This document shows, piece by piece, positions 28,288 through 32,000 of a DNA stretch of 32,000 nt (within the stretch, counting starts at the first letter, position 1; each line of letters begins with the position of its first letter). The stretch comes from Candidatus Helarchaeota ASGARD archaeon Hel_GB_B. Lineage in GTDB: Archaea > Asgardarchaeota > Lokiarchaeia > Helarchaeales > HEL-GB-B. The notes below the pieces were generated by a model, which was given only the letters and a program-made list of their open reading frames with translations, did not search any database and was not told the DNA's origin. The position numbers were made by a program, and so were the translations under genes. The stretch is taken from assembly GCA_005191425.1 (NCBI GenBank), contig SUPR01000024.1:1-32000 (forward strand). Direction: 5' to 3'.

Positions 28288-28833
28288 TTGGTGGAGCTTC
28301 TTATTACAATTACAGGACTTCATGGTGTCGGAAAAACATTAATTGGAAAAAAATTATGTGAATATTTTAATTTGGGTTATAGTTCAGCGGGCATAATTTT
28401 TAGGAACATTGCAAAAGAGTTTAACATGTCATGTGCTGAATTTAATGAATACGCATTGACTCACCCAGAAATTGACAAGAAAATAGACGGAATTACTCTA
28501 GAGTTAGCAAAAAAAGGTAACATTATAATAGAAGGTATACTAAGTTCATGGATTACCCGTGAATTAAATCCATTTAGAATATTATTAATAGCACCATTGG
28601 AAGTCCGAATTCAACGAATTGCCAAAAGAGATAATATCACATTTGATGAAGCTATGGAAATTACAACAGCTCGAGAAAAATCTGAAAGAACTCGGTTTAA
28701 AAGATTATATAATATTGACATTCTTGAAAAAAATATTTATGATATTTCAATCAATACATATTCATTTGATATAGATAGTATGATTAAAATTTTAACAACA
28801 GCAATTAATGAACATAAAAATAAAAAAGAATGA
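28288..28833 (+). CDS. cmk: Archaeal cytidylate kinase
   Basis: ITITG..G.GKT P-loop, SAG.IFR, IDKKID, EG.LS.W, R..RIAKR, YDI.INT; conserved position between eL34 and eL14. Start TTG 28288 or GTG 28291. Confidence 0.92.
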   Translation: MVELLITITGLHGVGKTLIGKKLCEYFNLGYSSAGIIFRNIAKEFNMSCAEFNEYALTHPEIDKKIDGITLELAKKGNIIIEGILSSWITRELNPFRILLIAPLEVRIQRIAKRDNITFDEAMEITTAREKSERTRFKRLYNIDILEKNIYDISINTYSFDIDSMIKILTTAINEHKNKKE

Positions 28834-28879
28834 TTTGGTTATTTAGAACAATTATAAGTTTTTGAGGAAGGATTTCAAA

Positions 28880-29161
28880 ATGCCAGCAATAGAAATTGGA
28901 CGTATTTGTTTAAAACTATCAGGGCGAGAAGCAGGTCGAAAGTGTGTAATTTTAGATGTAATTGATAAGAATTATGCACTTATTACTGGTCCTAAAGACC
29001 TTACTAAGGTTAGAAGAAGACGTACTAATATTAGACATCTTGAACCTTTTAAATATAAGATATTTATTGAAAAGAATGCAAGTGATTCAGATGTTATTGA
29101 AGCATTGAAAAAAGAAAATTTATATGAATTTATGCAGACCCACGTTAAATTGGATATTTAA
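28880..29161 (+). CDS. rpl14e: 50S ribosomal protein eL14
   Basis: MPAIEIGRIC.K..GREAGRKCVI.D.ID.N..L.TGPK, RRR.NI.HLEP. ATG 28880 after GAGGA. Confidence 0.97.
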   Translation: MPAIEIGRICLKLSGREAGRKCVILDVIDKNYALITGPKDLTKVRRRRTNIRHLEPFKYKIFIEKNASDSDVIEALKKENLYEFMQTHVKLDI

Positions 29162-29219
29162 TTAATTCTTTTTAATTTAATAATTCCTTTATTTATTTCA
29201 GTTAAGTGGTGAATAACTT

Positions 29220-30218
29220 ATTTCTAAAAACAAGCTTCCTTGCGATATAGAAGATAAATTTTTAATTAAAGCAGAAAGTTATACAGACCCAAATTTTGGG
29301 GTTATTCCAGAAAAAAGGCCAATTCATCAATATATTAACTTCGGGATAATTAATTTAGACAAACCAGCAGGTCCTACATCTCATGAAGTAGCATCATGGG
29401 TAAGAAAAATTCTTAACATAAAAAAAACAGGGCATTCAGGAACTCTTGACCCACGTGTAACTGGTGTACTCCCTATTGCTCTGAATGATGGCTGTAAGAT
29501 CCTTCAGACCCTTTTAAAAGCTGGTAAAGAATATGTTTGTGTAATGCATTTGCATAAACAAATATCTGAACAGAAAATAAGAGATATTATTTATGAATTT
29601 AAGGGAAAAATTTACCAACGTCCTCCACTACGCTCCTCTGTTAAACAGAGACTACGTATTCGAGAAATTTATTATATAGATATCCTTGAAATTGAAGATA
29701 GAAATGTTCTTTTTATCATAGGATGTCAGGCAGGGACCTATATCAGAAAATTTGTATTTGATTTGGGGTTAGCCTTAGGTTGTGGAGCGCATATGCGAGA
29801 ACTTAGACGTACTAGAGTTGGTCCTTTTAAAGAAAAAGATAATCTATTTAATCTCCAAGATATAAAAGATGCTTATGAATTTTATATTGAAGAAGGAGAT
29901 GAAACATATCTTAGAAAAATTATTTTACCTATGGAATATGCATTAACAGGTATGCCAAAAATTATTGTAAGAGATTCTGCTGTTGATGCACTATGTCATG
30001 GCGCTAAATTAACAGCACCGGGTATTTTAAAAGTGAGTGCGCATCTGAAGAGTAATGATTTAGCTTGTGTTTTAACGCTTAAAAATGAGTTAGTTGCACT
30101 TGTAGAGCCAAAATATTCAGCTTCTCAAATTGTTAAGATAGACCACGGAGTTATTGGGAAAGTTAACCGTGTTATTATGCCGATTAATACTTATCCTTCG
30201 TGGAAATCATATAAATAA
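29220..30218 (+). CDS. cbf5: H/ACA RNP pseudouridine synthase Cbf5 (TruB family), with PUA domain; apparent ATT start
   Basis: The frame is open from 29217 and reads ...TDPNFG..PEKRPI...GIINLDKPAGPTSHEV...GHSGTLDP.VTGVLP, then QRPPLRSSVK, AGTYIRK, ELRRTRVG and VDALCHGA. The ORF track start at 29544 would drop the catalytic Asp. Confidence 0.95.
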   Translation: MSKNKLPCDIEDKFLIKAESYTDPNFGVIPEKRPIHQYINFGIINLDKPAGPTSHEVASWVRKILNIKKTGHSGTLDPRVTGVLPIALNDGCKILQTLLKAGKEYVCVMHLHKQISEQKIRDIIYEFKGKIYQRPPLRSSVKQRLRIREIYYIDILEIEDRNVLFIIGCQAGTYIRKFVFDLGLALGCGAHMRELRRTRVGPFKEKDNLFNLQDIKDAYEFYIEEGDETYLRKIILPMEYALTGMPKIIVRDSAVDALCHGAKLTAPGILKVSAHLKSNDLACVLTLKNELVALVEPKYSASQIVKIDHGVIGKVNRVIMPINTYPSWKSYK

Positions 30219-30240
30219 AAAATTAATTTACGACCTCATT

Positions 30241-30867
30241 ATGAATTCTAAGAAATTAAATTCGGAACATTATTTTACTAAGCATCCTACATCGAAATTA
30301 AAATTATATAAAATTACTGGGACATTTTTGAGTAAATCATTTAACTTTTTCACATCTACAGGAGTCTTTTCCTATAAAAAAGTAGACAAGGGTACTTCTT
30401 TGTTACTAAATTCTTTAATACTACCAAAAAATAAAAAAATTGAAATTTTAGACCTTGGATGTGGGTATGGTATTATAGGAATAGTTTTGGCATCTCTATT
30501 GCCCGAATCGCACATTACTATGATTGATATTAATTCACGCGCTATTTGGTTAAGTAAGAAAAACATTACTATTAATAATCTCAAAAATATTGAGGTAAAA
30601 TATGGTGATTTTTTACAAATAATAAATAATAATTTTGATTTAATTTTAACTAACCCACCAATATCTCTTGGAAAATCAATATTATTTAAATTATTTAGAA
30701 AAAGCTATGAGGTTTTAAATAATGGTGGCACACTTCAACTTGTCATTAAAACTAAACAAGGCGCCAAATCTACATATAATGAATTAAAGCAGATCTTTGG
30801 TGAAAATAATGTTAAATTACTTAAAATAAAAAGTGGATATAGAGTATATCAAGCTCATAAAATTTAA
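30241..30867 (+). CDS. Class I SAM-dependent methyltransferase, RsmC/MJ0882/YbxB-like small family
   Basis: HYF...P N-terminus, GVFS...VDKGT.LL, LDLGCGYG, DIN.RA, TNPP, GG.LQLV, GY.V. ATG 30241 avoids overlap with cbf5. Confidence 0.88.
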   Translation: MNSKKLNSEHYFTKHPTSKLKLYKITGTFLSKSFNFFTSTGVFSYKKVDKGTSLLLNSLILPKNKKIEILDLGCGYGIIGIVLASLLPESHITMIDINSRAIWLSKKNITINNLKNIEVKYGDFLQIINNNFDLILTNPPISLGKSILFKLFRKSYEVLNNGGTLQLVIKTKQGAKSTYNELKQIFGENNVKLLKIKSGYRVYQAHKI

Positions 30868-30949
30868 AAGATTCAATTTAATTTATTTGTAAAAGGCAAG
30901 TTTCATATTTATTTGAACTTTTGTTCGTCAAATTAAATTTTTATTAAAT

Positions 30950-31051
30950 GCCGGGATAGCCAAGCGGATTACGGCGCAGGCCTGGAGTTATTTCGTTGCT
31001 TGAGAGCCTGTGACACTCTGTGTCGCGTGAGTTCGAATCTCACTCCCGGCG
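30950..31051 (+). tRNA. tRNA-Ser(GGA) with a 17-nt intron (30988-31004) at canonical position 37/38; CCA not encoded
   Basis: Acceptor stem GCCGGGA/TCCCGGC, D-stem GCC/GGC, anticodon stem CAGGC/GCCTG, long variable arm GACAC-TCT-GTGTC, T-arm GTGAG-TTCGAAT-CTCAC, discriminator G. Confidence 0.93.
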
Positions 31052-31084
31052 CTATAATTATTATAAAAAAATTTGGTGTTAAAA

Positions 31085-32000
31085 TTGGCTAATGTCGGGA
31101 TTATATATGATGATATTTATTTAGAACATGATACCGGGAACCATCCAGAATCTGCAGATAGATTGGTCGAAACTATGAAATTAATCAATGAAAAAAAGGT
31201 GCTGGAATATCAAAATGTGTTTTTAATTAGTCCAAGACCTGCTACAATTGATGAGATTGCTATTGTTCATAAAAGAGATTATATAAAATATATTGAAGAT
31301 TTTTGTAAAAAAGGCGGAGGATATCTTGATGGTGATACGCCTTGCTCAAGCCGATCTTATGAAGCAGCATTATATGCAGCTGGGGGAGGTCTTGCTGCTG
31401 CCGAAAAAATTAAAGAAGGTAAAATTGATTATGCTATTGGTTTAATAAGACCACCAGGACACCATGCAGGGAGATATACAGCTCGCGGATTCTGCATTTT
31501 CAACAATATTGTAATACTTGCTGAATTTCTTTTAAAAGATTTTAATAAAATAATGATCCTTGATATTGATGCCCACCATGGAAATGGCACACAAGATATG
31601 ACATATGATAGAAAAGATATTTTGTATTTTGGGATACAACAAGATGGTAGGACATTATATCCAGGATCAGGTTATCCTGAAGAAATTGGTATGAAGGAGG
31701 GAAAAGGGTACAATATTAATGCACCTTTAGCCCCTGGGTCAGGTGATAAATCATTTAATAATATTATTGATGAGGTTTTTATTCCGATAGCTAAACAATA
31801 TAGACCGGATTTTGTTTTAATGTCTGTCGGTTTTGATTCTCATTTTTCAGACCCTCTTACAGATCTTCGACTAACGACTCAAGGGTATAGAAATATCATA
31901 CATAAAGTAAAGAATTTTGTTAATGAATACTGTAATAAAAATCTTATAATTTTACTGGAAGGGGGCTATAACCTCAGAGCTATATCTCGTTCAATTGTCA
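31085..32000 (+). CDS. Histone deacetylase / AcuC / acetylpolyamine amidohydrolase family protein; 3' end beyond the window, not in the ORF track
   Basis: TTG start after GGTG. Manual translation shows HPE..RL, RPPGHHA, GFCIFNN, DIDAHHGNGTQ, YPGSG, SVGFDSH.SDPL and LEGGY, all in one frame. Confidence 0.95.
   Translation, partial: MANVGIIYDDIYLEHDTGNHPESADRLVETMKLINEKKVLEYQNVFLISPRPATIDEIAIVHKRDYIKYIEDFCKKGGGYLDGDTPCSSRSYEAALYAAGGGLAAAEKIKEGKIDYAIGLIRPPGHHAGRYTARGFCIFNNIVILAEFLLKDFNKIMILDIDAHHGNGTQDMTYDRKDILYFGIQQDGRTLYPGSGYPEEIGMKEGKGYNINAPLAPGSGDKSFNNIIDEVFIPIAKQYRPDFVLMSVGFDSHFSDPLTDLRLTTQGYRNIIHKVKNFVNEYCNKNLIILLEGGYNLRAISRSIV

Noticed and set aside
28300-28340. Atypical cytidylate kinase P-loop (GLHGVGKT)
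   Set aside because: Still fits GxxGxGKT; within normal variation
309-30584. Short or antisense ORFs in the track (e.g. 309-497, 3462-3713, 7509-7721, 8223-8435, 10628-10918, 11900-12214, 13174-13512, 14803-15135, 16812-17201, 19862-20134, 24921-25163, 27957-28139, 30372-30584)
   Set aside because: They overlap well-supported genes on the other strand or frame and show no recognisable motifs; shadow ORFs
1-32000. CRISPR arrays, transposases/IS elements, rRNA genes, selenocysteine or pyrrolysine read-through
   Set aside because: No regularly spaced repeats, transposase motifs, rRNA-like sequence or in-frame stops within conserved genes were seen

Overview
Very AT-rich archaeal chromosome segment, most likely from an Asgard archaeon. 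This is inferred from a Sec61-alpha-like SecY N-terminus, eL14/eL34/eS4/eL19/eL32, and a candidate Vps28-like protein; the lineage cannot be fixed from sequence alone. About 1-14 kb is a surface-glycan locus: partial WecB, a DUF1616/GT-C-like membrane protein, a DPM1-like GT2, four GT4s, a MOP/Wzx flippase fused to a SAM methyltransferase, a small DPM2-like membrane protein and bifunctional PGI/PMI. About 14.2-30.9 kb is the archaeal S10-spc ribosomal protein cluster from uS19 to SecY, followed by eL34, cmk, eL14, Cbf5 and an RsmC-like methyltransferase. The cluster is interrupted twice. A coiled-coil/linker/Vps28-CTD-like gene lies between uS17 and uL14. After uS5, uL30 and a small membrane gene are on the opposite strand, followed by an Hsp20 with a perfect 42-bp tandem duplication. 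The window ends with an intron-containing tRNA-Ser(GGA) and a partial HDAC-family gene. The ORF track misses WecB, uS14, the tRNA, the HDAC gene and the first 108 codons of Cbf5, which appears to start at ATT. All family alignments were made by eye against remembered consensus sequences; no searches were run.
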